Origin: Wallemia ichthyophaga EXF-994
Lineage: Eukaryota > Fungi > Basidiomycota
Direction of reading: 5' to 3'
Assembly: GCF_000400465.1 (NCBI RefSeq)
Contig: NW_008806278.1
Location: forward strand, 1 to 62,000
DNA: 62,000 nucleotides
Position numbers and translations under genes: made by a program. Positions within the stretch are counted from its first letter, which is position 1. Every line of letters starts with the position of its first letter. Shown here one piece after another: positions 22,870 to 32,386 of the stretch. The notes below the pieces were generated by a model. The model was not told the DNA's origin, searched no databases, and was given only the letters and a program-made list of their open reading frames with translations.

Positions 22870-23493
22870 ATGAGCCAGCACAGAAAATCGAATAGACAGA
22901 AATTAATTTCAGAGATCGAAGATGAGGAGGAGGGGAGTGTGCAGGTTGGAGGATTGAAGGCGGAGAGGGATGGAGAGGGGGTTGCAGGGACAAGGACGCA
23001 GACGACGCAGACACCGACAAAGACTCCTACAAAGACTCCAACAAAAACTCCAAATAGGCGTGGGAATAGAAGGCAGCCTCAGAGTGTACCTGCGAAATCA
23101 AGTCAGATAAACTGGGATATGCCAGTGAATAACCAGCAGCAAAGGAGGAATGAACCGTATAACTGGCAGGAGGTGTTGCAGACGTTACCTGGAGCTGGAG
23201 CGGGGGTATCAGGTGTATCAGCAGCACCACCTACAGCCCCATCCTCATCCACAACACCTAGAAAGAAAACAAAAGGGAAACAGCGCACGAAATCAGCCAG
23301 TGATGGGATTTCAGGGTTGAATTGGCAGCAAATACAATTGACAAGAAGCACAAACACGCCAAATAAGCCATATAATAGAAGACCACATACGGATAATCCA
23401 AATACAAATACAAATACAAATCCATACGCAGGTGCAGCATTTCATAATTCACCTGCACCAGATGAGTTGCCTGCACCAAAATTCCTCAAGTAG
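22870..23493 (+). CDS. Edc1/PNRC-type mRNA decapping enhancer, intrinsically disordered
   Basis: C-terminal YAGAAFHNSPAPDELPAPKF matches the PNRC/Edc1 YAG..F..SP.P..LP.P motif; the rest is low-complexity. Confidence 0.75.
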   Translation: MSQHRKSNRQKLISEIEDEEEGSVQVGGLKAERDGEGVAGTRTQTTQTPTKTPTKTPTKTPNRRGNRRQPQSVPAKSSQINWDMPVNNQQQRRNEPYNWQEVLQTLPGAGAGVSGVSAAPPTAPSSSTTPRKKTKGKQRTKSASDGISGLNWQQIQLTRSTNTPNKPYNRRPHTDNPNTNTNTNPYAGAAFHNSPAPDELPAPKFLK

Positions 23494-23553
23494 AATAAAT
23501 GAGTCGTGTTTATACCAAATTGATTTTTAATTTTAAAATTACAAGTATCCCGA

Positions 23554-23561
23554 TTACGTCA
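23554..23561 (+). promoter_or_regulatory. CRE-like element TTACGTCA (ATF/Sko1 type) upstream of GPD1
   Basis: Matches T(G/T)ACGT(C/A)A about 70 nt before the GPD1 ATG, inside the inverted repeat GATTA-CGTCA-TAATC. Function is inferred. Confidence 0.4.
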
Positions 23562-23630
23562 TAATCAGATGGATATAATGGCATGTTGCCGCTTTAACTA
23601 CTACGGTCATCATCAAATTAGTCAATTAAA

Positions 23631-24756
23631 ATGGTTAAAGAATCTGTTGCAGTTATTGGATCGGGTGAGTTGAAGTTTCTTACGTAGACAGACACTAATC
23701 CACTCATAGGCAACTGGTTAGTTCACACGTACAATCAATTAAGCATTCTCTCATACAAATCACAGGGGATCAGTTGCCGCTAGAATGGCTGGTCAAAGCT
23801 GTTTAGAGAAGCCTGACTTATTCGAAAGAGATGTCCCTATGTGGGTTTTCGAAGAACAAGTCGATGGTAGAAACCTCACAGATATCATCAACGAGAAGCA
23901 CGAGAATGTCAAATATCTTCCTGGCGCTAAATTCCCTGAAAACGTTATCGCAAACCCAGATCTCATTGACACGGTTGAAGACGCAACACTCCTGATCATT
24001 GTCATCCCCCACCAATTCCTTCCAAAGACTTTAAACACCCTTAAAGGCCACATCAACCCAAAAGCACGCGCTGTTTCTCTCATCAAAGGTGTTGAAGTCG
24101 TTGGTGATAACATCAACATCTTTGCAAAGGTTATTGAGCGTGAATTGGGAATTAGATGCTCTGCTCTCTCCGGCGCAAACATCGCCAACGAAATTGCTCT
24201 CGAAAAATTCAGTGAAACTTCCATTGGTTACGCTGACAGAAAAGATGGTGAAATTTTCCAAAAACTCTTTGACAGACCTTACTTTAGAGTTTCCATCGTT
24301 GAAGATGTTGAAGGTGTTTCTCTCTGTGGAGCAATGAAGAACATTGTCGCCATCGCTTGTGGTTTCAACGACGGTATGAACTGGGGTGACAACACAAAAG
24401 CTGCAATCATGAGAGTTGGTTTGCTTGAAATGAAGAGATTCTGTCAAGACTTCTTCCCTTCATGCAAAGATGCTACTTTCGTTGAAGAGTCTGCAGGTGT
24501 TGCCGATCTCATTACCACCTGTCTCGGTGGTAGAAACCGTAAGGTCGCCGCTGCTCACGCTGAAACTGGTAAATCTTTCGAGCAACTCGAGCAGGAAATT
24601 CTCGGTGGTCAAAGATTGCAAGGTACAGGCACTGCAAAGGAAATTCACGAATTCCTCAGCCACAAAGGCAAGGTTGACAATTACCCTCTCTTCAAGACTG
24701 TTTATGAGATTGCCTTCGAGAACAAGCCTGCTAAGGAGCTTACTTCTAGACTTTAA
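23631..24756 (+). CDS. GPD1: NAD-dependent glycerol-3-phosphate dehydrogenase (2 introns, 7-nt microexon 23710-23716)
   Basis: Spliced MVKESVAVIGSGNWGS; NEKHENVKYLPG; SLIKG; LSGANIANE; CGAMKNIVAIACG; GVADLITTCLGGRNRK; GQRLQG. Confidence 0.96.
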
Positions 24757-24860
24757 AACAGCAGTTAACCGTAATGTTTTTGTTTGAATAATGTTATATA
24801 TAATGACTTTTTGTTATAAGTGAGTTGGTTATTACAAAATAAATCTGGTATATAGCGACT

Positions 24861-25384
24861 TTATATATAAATAGTATTCAGTCGTGTGCACAATTCTCTC
24901 GCACTTACTGGTGTCGCATGCGTTGGAAGTGTGACTACCGTCGTGCTTGTGTATGCCATCTTGCTCCCGACGTTACTATTACTGATCACTCGATCTGGTG
25001 GTGCTGCTTTGTCGAAACTCTGCACATGGTCGCTGCCGAAGCTCACGCTTCTCTTGCGCGTCAGTGGGGATGGTGTATTGAAGCTGACTGGTGGGGGTGT
25101 TTTCAATGTGCTTTTCTTAGCGGGCGACGTGGTGTGTTTGGTGTGTTTATTGTGGCTGCTGTGACTGCCGCTCTCTGCGTGATTTGTTTCATTTGTTTGG
25201 TTTGTCTCCTTCGCAATTTGTGAGAATTGAGTGAAAAATGTCAGCAAGTTCAACTCACACTTTCTATACTCCCAATCTCCAACCCTAACCCATGTCCACT
25301 CGGCGCACTATATGCGTAGCTGTTACATCTGAAGGAGCTATCTTTGCTGATATCGTACTCCAAATCTTCAGCCTCGAATATCAT
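24861..25384 (-). CDS. Small hypothetical protein with an RVxF-like motif (1 intron, 25209-25258)
   Basis: ATG at 25384 (MIFEAEDLEY...) splices through a 50-nt GTGAGT...AAG intron into ORF 24861-25208, which contains RKRSVSFGSDHVQSF. The 5' end is uncertain. Confidence 0.4.
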
Positions 25385-25821
25385 GTCAATTTCTTGATCT
25401 CAATGATGTCGTCTCGCAAGATGGCATATGCTGGACTATGTTAGGAATTATTAATGACGCACACCTCCCCCCGCTTTACATTCATTACTTCCTAATCGAG
25501 TTGCATGTTTCATATGTGAAAGTTTTATACGTCACCAGTCGTCATTGCACTCACCCTCAAACACAAATATTTCCTTATCCGGTATACTTCCTCGGTGATC
25601 TCTCCGCGTATCGTAGATTATCTCCACATGATCCACTTTCATGCGCCGATTTTGTGCTATATTTTATTAGCAACAGTTCTGGTACGTGTACGTGCATAAA
25701 TACGTAAATAATGATAATAAACATAAATTAGGCGTATCAATAAATTTAAGTCAATATATAACTAGCGTTATTAGAGATATGGAATATTCCTGTCTTTTTC
25801 CGTGTTTAACTTGTCTTTCAA

Positions 25822-28800
25822 TCACATCACATCTCCTCTCCTCCTCTGCTCATCCTGCAGACGTCTCTTGGACTCCACTCTGAGTGTCTCCCAATCCATG
25901 TCCTGTACTGTATTCTCTTCAGCGCGCTCTTCAGTGCTGCCGTTGTCATCCGCATCCACCTCATCCACCTCATCGCTTAATCCTAATCCTATATGCTCAG
26001 CGGGCAATCTGAACCTTTGTGAGGAGCGTGAAGGAAGTGCATTGTTTTGCGATGAATGCGAGTAGTGTGGGTAGTGAGTATCTTGTGTATTTTGCGTATT
26101 TCGCGCAGCTTGCATATGCGTCGCCTGTCTCCCACTCCCGCCTCTCTCGCCCCGCTCAGGCGCAGGACTAATATGTTCGATAGTCGACCGACTCTCGCTG
26201 TGGCTCACCGTGGGTGTAGGTGTGTACGGCGGGGGTGGGGAAGCGGAAGAGACACCTTCGAATGGACTTGCAAAAGCACCTGTGAATGTACCAGAGAATG
26301 CACCCACAGTCTCCGTCTCCACGCCATCCTGGTTCACATTATACCCGTCGGCCACTGCCTCACTCGATCCTTCACCCACGCGCGCACGATCCACCACCGT
26401 CTGCGATGACCCACGCTTCTTCTTCAGTTTGCGACTCAAGTAGCTTGTCATTCGAGAGAGTGAGCTCGAGCTGCCACTGTTAGTGCTGTGTTGGGATAGA
26501 TCCGAAGATGATCCTGACGAGCCATTAGAGGAGTTGTTGGCGGTATTGTTGTTATTGTTGTCATTATTATTATTGTTGTTGGTGCTGGTATGGCTAATAT
26601 TACTGGTAATCATATCATTACTGTTGGTATTGTGAACGTTGCTACTGCTGCTAATGCTTGCTTCTGCTCCTCCCCCTACCCCTCCCAGCCCTCGCTCAGG
26701 CGTTAACGAAAAATCATCCAACATCCGACTCGTCGACTGGATAGGTCCGAGTGCGTCGCGGCTCTCGCTCGCTATGAGATCCCTCTCTATGCTGGATTGG
26801 CGGGAGTGTACGGGGTGTATGGGGTGTGTGGGGTCTGTAGAGTGTATAGGATGTGTTCGGTGTGGGTGTGCCTGGAGCTGGTGGCTGCTACTTCCACTCC
26901 CACTCCCTTCGCTCCCCTCTTGTCTTGTCGCAAACTCGTCCGAAATGGATGTAGGTAGTGGAGGCACCGGCAGTGTCCCGTAGCTATCGTCACGCGGGAG
27001 GCCATTAGCACTGCCATTGCCGCTGGCGCTGACACTTCTACTTGCACTCCCACTCCCACTCCCACTCCCACTCCCACTCCCACTCCCGCCAGTACCGCCG
27101 CCCACTACTGCACCTAGACTGGACATGGTTGTCGTCGAGTCGCGTGCTGCGACTATCCGCGGCGAGGCTGCTGATCGGCTTTGGCTGTACTCTGTCGGCG
27201 CGCGCTCGGGCGTGTGCCAGCTGGTGATACTCAGCGGGCCTGCTGAGGTGATTGAAGGGGTGTGAGTGGGTGTGTGAATGGGTGTATGAGTGGCTATGTG
27301 TGGGTGAGTGTGCGTTTGTGTATGCTGTGGATGCTGTGGATGCTGTGGATGGTAAGGCTGGTTTGAATGCTCCGATGACTCGCTAGATTCGCTAGACTCG
27401 CTAGAATCACTCGAATCACTAGCCCCACTGCTCTCGCTACTCTGACTGATCTCACCCGTTTCCCTATTGAAATGTCTAGTCTTTCTCTTCTTGGTCTCTT
27501 CATCCCCCTCCGCACTCCCACTCCCACTCCCGCTAGTCGACGGTGTGGCGCTGCTAGCGCATCTATCTACATCCATGACAGGCGTAGCGACGAGGGAATT
27601 TTCCGTAATGCGAACGACGGGAGCAGATCTCGATGTGACAACGACAGAGTCCGACAGACTCGAGCTCCTCACTCTATCGCGACTGAGGGTGTGTGGCAGA
27701 TTAAGAGTAGTTGGTCTATCTCTCACGCTCCAGCTGAATCTCTTTTCCTGAGCAGCAGGGCTGACAGCATGTCTAAAGACAGACTCGATGCGCTCCTCCA
27801 TGCGCCCCGCCCACGCCGCGCTGCGGGTGGTAGCGCGCGCGTGCACCAGCGCCTCCTTGTCAGCCGCCATCGACGGTACGCTTACGCTTGTGCACGCCAG
27901 AGCGAGGTGGTGCAGCGCGAACGCGGCGAGAACTATCCCCATTCGCACACCCACCCACGCCACATGCGCTATAAGCACACCAGCTGCGTAACGCGTCAGC
28001 TGGGCGTCTGTGCGGAAAAAGGCGTTGACCGGTATAGAGAGGAGTGCGGGGTGATAGAATTGGAGGATTATCGCGAGCGAGACTGCCGCACGGGGTATGC
28101 ACGTGAGTATTATCGGGTAGTCTGCGTAAACATTGGTTAGATGGTGGGTGGCGGCTTAGTCAAGACTCGCACAACTCACTGTTCAGGTAGTGGTGGGTAC
28201 TTTCGAGCGTGTAGTCTCGCTTGCTCTGCCGCCAAGCCTCCTTGCGTATATTCCAGAGAAATCTGAAATGCTGCACTGATCTCGTGCTGCTCAGATTGAA
28301 CAGCCTGTTCGAAACATATGCACTGGTCACAGGCGGTCTGCCCATTCCCCAGTATCTGTTGTACGCATACAGATCAGCTATCAGGATTATGAACCAGTAA
28401 ACTGCAACGGCTACCGAGTACACGGCAAGTGCCCAGATGTAGCTGTTGAACTGAATCAGACAAATCAAGACATAGAAAACATTCGCGTCGAAAAAGATAG
28501 AGACTGGTATGTGGATATATATAACCATCATGTAGCCAATGTAGGCTGGTATACTAGGCCATTTGTACTCGTGTATGTTGAAATACGGCTCGTTGAATCT
28601 TGGTGGAGCCGGTGGATGTTCTGATTTCACAGTGGTGGTTGTGGTGAGTGGTGTGGGGTTGCGTATTGTCGTTGATTGTGAGTTTCGTGTATCGTGTGCG
28701 TCGTGTTCGTCGTGAGTCTCATGTCTTCTTTGTTCGTTGGGCGTGTGCGTGGTTTGATTGGCGCTGGTTTGATTGGCACTAGTATTCTCACCAGTACGCT

Positions 28801-28909
28801 CCCCATCCAAGATGTCCTCCCCACCGTCCACCAACGGCTGCAGCCAATTAGGCAGCCAGTTGTTCAACGTGTTGAGCGTATTCGTCGATGGCTTCCCGTT
28901 CAATTTCAT
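25822..28909 (-). CDS. Uncharacterised multi-pass membrane protein with a long Ser/Gly/His-rich disordered C-terminal region (1 intron)
   Basis: Hydrophobic segments (YIHIPVSIFFDANVFYVLICL; YIWALAVYSVAVAVYWFIILI; NYPIILTCIPRAAVSLAIIL; GVLIAHVAWVGVRMGIVL). Exons 28160-28909 and 25822-28120 are joined by a GT-AG intron. Confidence 0.7.
27045..27086. repeat. (CACTCC)x7 coding microsatellite, encodes (GS)n on the minus strand
   Basis: Read directly from the sequence. Confidence 0.95.
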
Positions 28910-29121
28910 CGTCACTGAACAACCATACAACGTTTCTCAATTCTCGGAATTTGAGATTCCTGCCTTGGCTGGCTTCCTACTCGGAATTCGGAATTCCAAC
29001 TATGTATCCTAAGAAGGCACGCGTGCTTTCCCCACAAACGCGCACATGCCTTAGAAATAAAATGTTTCAAGTTTAAAGTAAAATATAATATTTGCATGTA
29101 CTCTTGTTCATTTCTACAATC

Positions 29122-30939
29122 CTAAGTAATAGAATACTTGGGACCACCACCTCCCTGTGGCGTCGTCCATGTGATGTCTTGCGTCGGTGTCTTGATCGAG
29201 CAAAGTTTACAGTGTATGCAGTTTTGCGAGTTGATGACGAATTTATGCCCCAGAGCATCCTCTTTCCCGCCATCCTCAGCTGTGTCTCTATACTCGTACA
29301 CCGCCGCTGGACACGCTCTGCCAAGCAATCCTCCATAAACACCCACATTCTGCGCTGTGTGGTACTTGGGTGATGACGTCAACTTCAGATGCGACGGCTC
29401 ATCCTCTTCGTGGTTCGTAGACGTGCGCGATACCGATGTGAGTATATCGAAACTAATTTTCCCGTCTGGATTTGGGTATTCGATCGGCTTGTAGTCGTGC
29501 TTTGGTCTTGTCTGGGCGTAATCAGGTCCCGGGTGATGGAATGTCCAAGGCGTCCGTCCCTTCAACAAGAGACTGTCGATGCCCGAGTATATCAATCCAC
29601 CGAGGTTTCCGAGCACCGAATGGAATGACGGTCTGATGTTTCTCACTTCATGTAACTCCTTCCATATCCAACTATTTTTTACCTTGTCCTCATACCCTGC
29701 CATATCAACAGAGGCAGGTTGGAATTCCACCTCTTGATCCTTCTCATTCGAGATACTCTCGTGCGCCGTTTCCGCGGCAAGCATACCACTCTTCATCGCG
29801 TTGTGCACACCTTTGATCTTGGGCACATTCACGAATCCAGCTGAGCATCCAATCAGCGCACCACCTGGGAAGTGGAGCTGGGGGATGGATTGCAAACCAC
29901 CCTCATTAAGTGAGCGACCTCCATAGGCTATACACTCACCACCGTCCAACAAATCCTTGAAAACAGGGTGGTGTTTCATCCTCTGGAACTCTCTAAATGG
30001 TGAGAGGTATGGATTGTGGTAATCGAGGCCAATCACGAGACCAATTGATACGAGATTGTCTTCCATATGGTAGCACCAGCTACCGGCGTAAGTTTCGTTG
30101 TCGATTGGCCATCCAACCGTGTGGGTGATGTTGCCTGCTTGGTGTTTCGATGGGTCCACACGCCATACCTCCTTAATACCAATACCGTAAGTTTGTTCAT
30201 CCTTACCTTCTCTCAGCTTAAAGTGGTTAATTACTTTCTGGGAGATAGAGCCATGCGCGCCTTCGGACAAGAGAGTAGCTTTGGCGTTGAAGACCATACC
30301 AGGCTCAAAGTGTTCAGTGGGTTCACCACCCTTCCCGACTCCGATCTCGTTAGTAACAACGCCGCCAACTTTTCCATCCACCCAGTTCAAACCAGCTGCC
30401 GCGAAGCCCGGGTAAATCTCAACGCCCAGCTCCTCGGCCTTCTCAGCGAGCCAGGCAGTTAATCTGGAGAGACTAATGATGTAGTTGCCGTGGTTAGACA
30501 TCTGCGGCGGGTGTGGTATAGGCAGAGCGTAGTTTTTAGTGAGAAATTTCATGCTGTCGTTTGTAGCAGGTTGGTTGAGTGGAGCGCCGAGTTGTTTCCA
30601 ATTTGGGAGTAGCTCGTCTAGCGCTTTTGGCTCGATAACGGCACCAGAGAGAATATGTGATCCAACTTCTGCACCTTTCTCCAAAATCACAACTCTGAGA
30701 TTCTCGTTGAGCTGCTTGAGCTTGATCGCAGCGCTGAGGCCAGCAGGACCAGCGCCGACGATGCATACATCGCACTCGTCCTGTGCCCTGTCTGCGTCCT
30801 TAACAAAGTTGAATGGCGACGTGCTGTGGCCATCGACGCCGCTCGAAGAGAGAGATGAAGGCGTGGTGGAGAATTTAGGCAATAGCCGCGGCGTATAGCA
30901 GCCAGATCTCCTGAGTCTGGTGAGCCCACGCAGAATCAT
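29122..30939 (-). CDS. CIR2: Electron-transfer flavoprotein:ubiquinone oxidoreductase, mitochondrial, intronless
   Basis: Presequence MILRGLTRLRR; DVCIVGAGPAGLSAAI; GCSAGFVNVPKIKGVHNAMKSG; Fe-S motifs RACPAAVYEY and NCIHCKLCSIK; GGGPKY C-terminus. Confidence 0.96.
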   Translation of the reverse strand: MILRGLTRLRRSGCYTPRLLPKFSTTPSSLSSSGVDGHSTSPFNFVKDADRAQDECDVCIVGAGPAGLSAAIKLKQLNENLRVVILEKGAEVGSHILSGAVIEPKALDELLPNWKQLGAPLNQPATNDSMKFLTKNYALPIPHPPQMSNHGNYIISLSRLTAWLAEKAEELGVEIYPGFAAAGLNWVDGKVGGVVTNEIGVGKGGEPTEHFEPGMVFNAKATLLSEGAHGSISQKVINHFKLREGKDEQTYGIGIKEVWRVDPSKHQAGNITHTVGWPIDNETYAGSWCYHMEDNLVSIGLVIGLDYHNPYLSPFREFQRMKHHPVFKDLLDGGECIAYGGRSLNEGGLQSIPQLHFPGGALIGCSAGFVNVPKIKGVHNAMKSGMLAAETAHESISNEKDQEVEFQPASVDMAGYEDKVKNSWIWKELHEVRNIRPSFHSVLGNLGGLIYSGIDSLLLKGRTPWTFHHPGPDYAQTRPKHDYKPIEYPNPDGKISFDILTSVSRTSTNHEEDEPSHLKLTSSPKYHTAQNVGVYGGLLGRACPAAVYEYRDTAEDGGKEDALGHKFVINSQNCIHCKLCSIKTPTQDITWTTPQGGGGPKYSIT

Positions 30940-31048
30940 CGTCGTTTGAGATGAGATGTGTAGAGGTTGAGATCGAGTGCCCAATGAGAAAGCAGCCAAT
31001 CAGCTTCATTGTATTTCTAAAGAGTAAAAATGAATTTTCTACAATAAT

Positions 31049-31747
31049 TCAAGGCGCAGGGCTGCCGTCGAAACCAGGACCAGCTGCACCGGCGTTAGAG
31101 CGTGGGTAGGTGAGATAAGCGCTGCCCAATTTTGGTGGATCGCTGAGCTTTACGAATTCAGTCTTGACAGGAATCTTAGCCTGTGCTAGACGAAGGGCTG
31201 GAGGGTATTAGCAGGAGGTTTTATGTGCTAAGTGGTATATCAATACACACCCTCTTGAGCCACTTCAGAACGCATTCCACCGCCGCCAACTTCAAATATA
31301 ACTTTGCCTGGCTGGGCTCTACACGCCCAGTATTCAAATGTACCCTTGCCCTTACCCATTCTGGTCTCGTTGCCCTTTACGCAGACAGGAATATCGGGGA
31401 ATACTCGCATAAAGCACTGGCTGCCTTTGAGTGGCTTTATCTTGCGCTTGATAGACTCCTCGCAGCTCTGGAGCGTCTTGGCTGAGAGCCTGGTGCCTTG
31501 CTTGACCCTCAGGCCAAATTCACCGAATGCAAGGGTAGTACCAGCAGTGCTGCCACCAGTTGGACATCCCACTCTACCCTTGTGGCTTTTGCGGTACTAT
31601 TCGAGACGTGCGTTAGACTATGGCTTCTGTTGGAGTACAACGCACTTTTGTCCGCCTAGGCGCAAGCTGGCCTCTGAATCTCAGCTGCTGGGACGACTTG
31701 TTGAATGTAAGCGAGGATCTGAATGCGGATATAAGCTGGTTGAGCAT
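31049..31747 (-). CDS. MRPL16: Mitochondrial ribosomal protein uL16m (2 introns)
   Basis: Spliced [15 protein letters not shown]...[12 protein letters not shown]; [30 protein letters not shown]; [16 protein letters not shown]. Confidence 0.93.
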
Positions 31748-31872
31748 TGGTGGTGGGAGTGTGCAATGAAAGCTATCCAGTAGACCTAAACAGGAATCAA
31801 AGAATAAAAAGAAATACATATTGATAGGAACATAGAAACATAGAATAGATTTATGCTTTATACTGTACAACT

Positions 31873-32276
31873 TTACTTGGTCTTGGCCTTGGATAGGTGA
31901 TAATTTATGCTATTCGCCTTTTTAGGTGCAGAGCGGCCCTATAAGCAGCAGCATCAGTATGTTCAACGGCTCATTAGAATATACACACCTTGGTCGACAT
32001 GCAATTCGCAAGCGATGTACTGTACTGTGCACATTGCCCAACTCCAAGGAAATCACCGCTACTAGCAAAGCAATTGAGCAGCCCACTCAGCTCTGTCCCG
32101 CATGGTGGTGGATTTATATCTATTCGGTTAGGATATCCACTGGAACTCACTCCACCCGCACTCACTCTTCCTCGCTCTAACCTTGAGCTTATCCACTTTC
32201 ACTGGAGGTTGATTATTACTAGGCTGCTTCTCTCCTTAATTATTCACCCACTCGCTGTGGTCCTCGTCGGATGCAT
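31873..32276 (-). CDS. MRP10: Mitochondrial ribosomal protein mS37, CHCH/CX9C (3 introns)
   Basis: Spliced MKVDKLKVRARKNINPPPCGTELSGLLNCFASSG...CAQYSTSLANCMSTK...NSINYHLSK, with a twin CX9C pattern. Confidence 0.8.
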
Positions 32277-32386
32277 CTTCCAAGTCGTTTGATTGCACAC
32301 TCTGAGAAACGATGACACAAAATTTAAACCAAATTATACATTTCGTCCTTTACATCTTCTGTTGTTACACATTTCCTCCTCTATCC

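Noticed and set aside
27472-28140. 222-aa plus-strand ORF, and similar antisense ORFs at 41591-42184, 54056-54682, 48715-49197 and 18535-19026
   Set aside because: They lie opposite well-supported genes, have no recognisable motifs, and are expected shadows of GC-rich or repetitive coding sequence.
28943-28997. Three TCGGAATT words upstream of the membrane-protein gene
   Set aside because: They do not fit heat-shock element spacing or a known CGG-N-CCG site. The evidence is too weak for a call.
32226-32276. Start codon of MRP10 split by an intron (A|TG)
   Set aside because: An in-frame upstream ATG at 32276 exists, so the split ATG may be just an internal Met.
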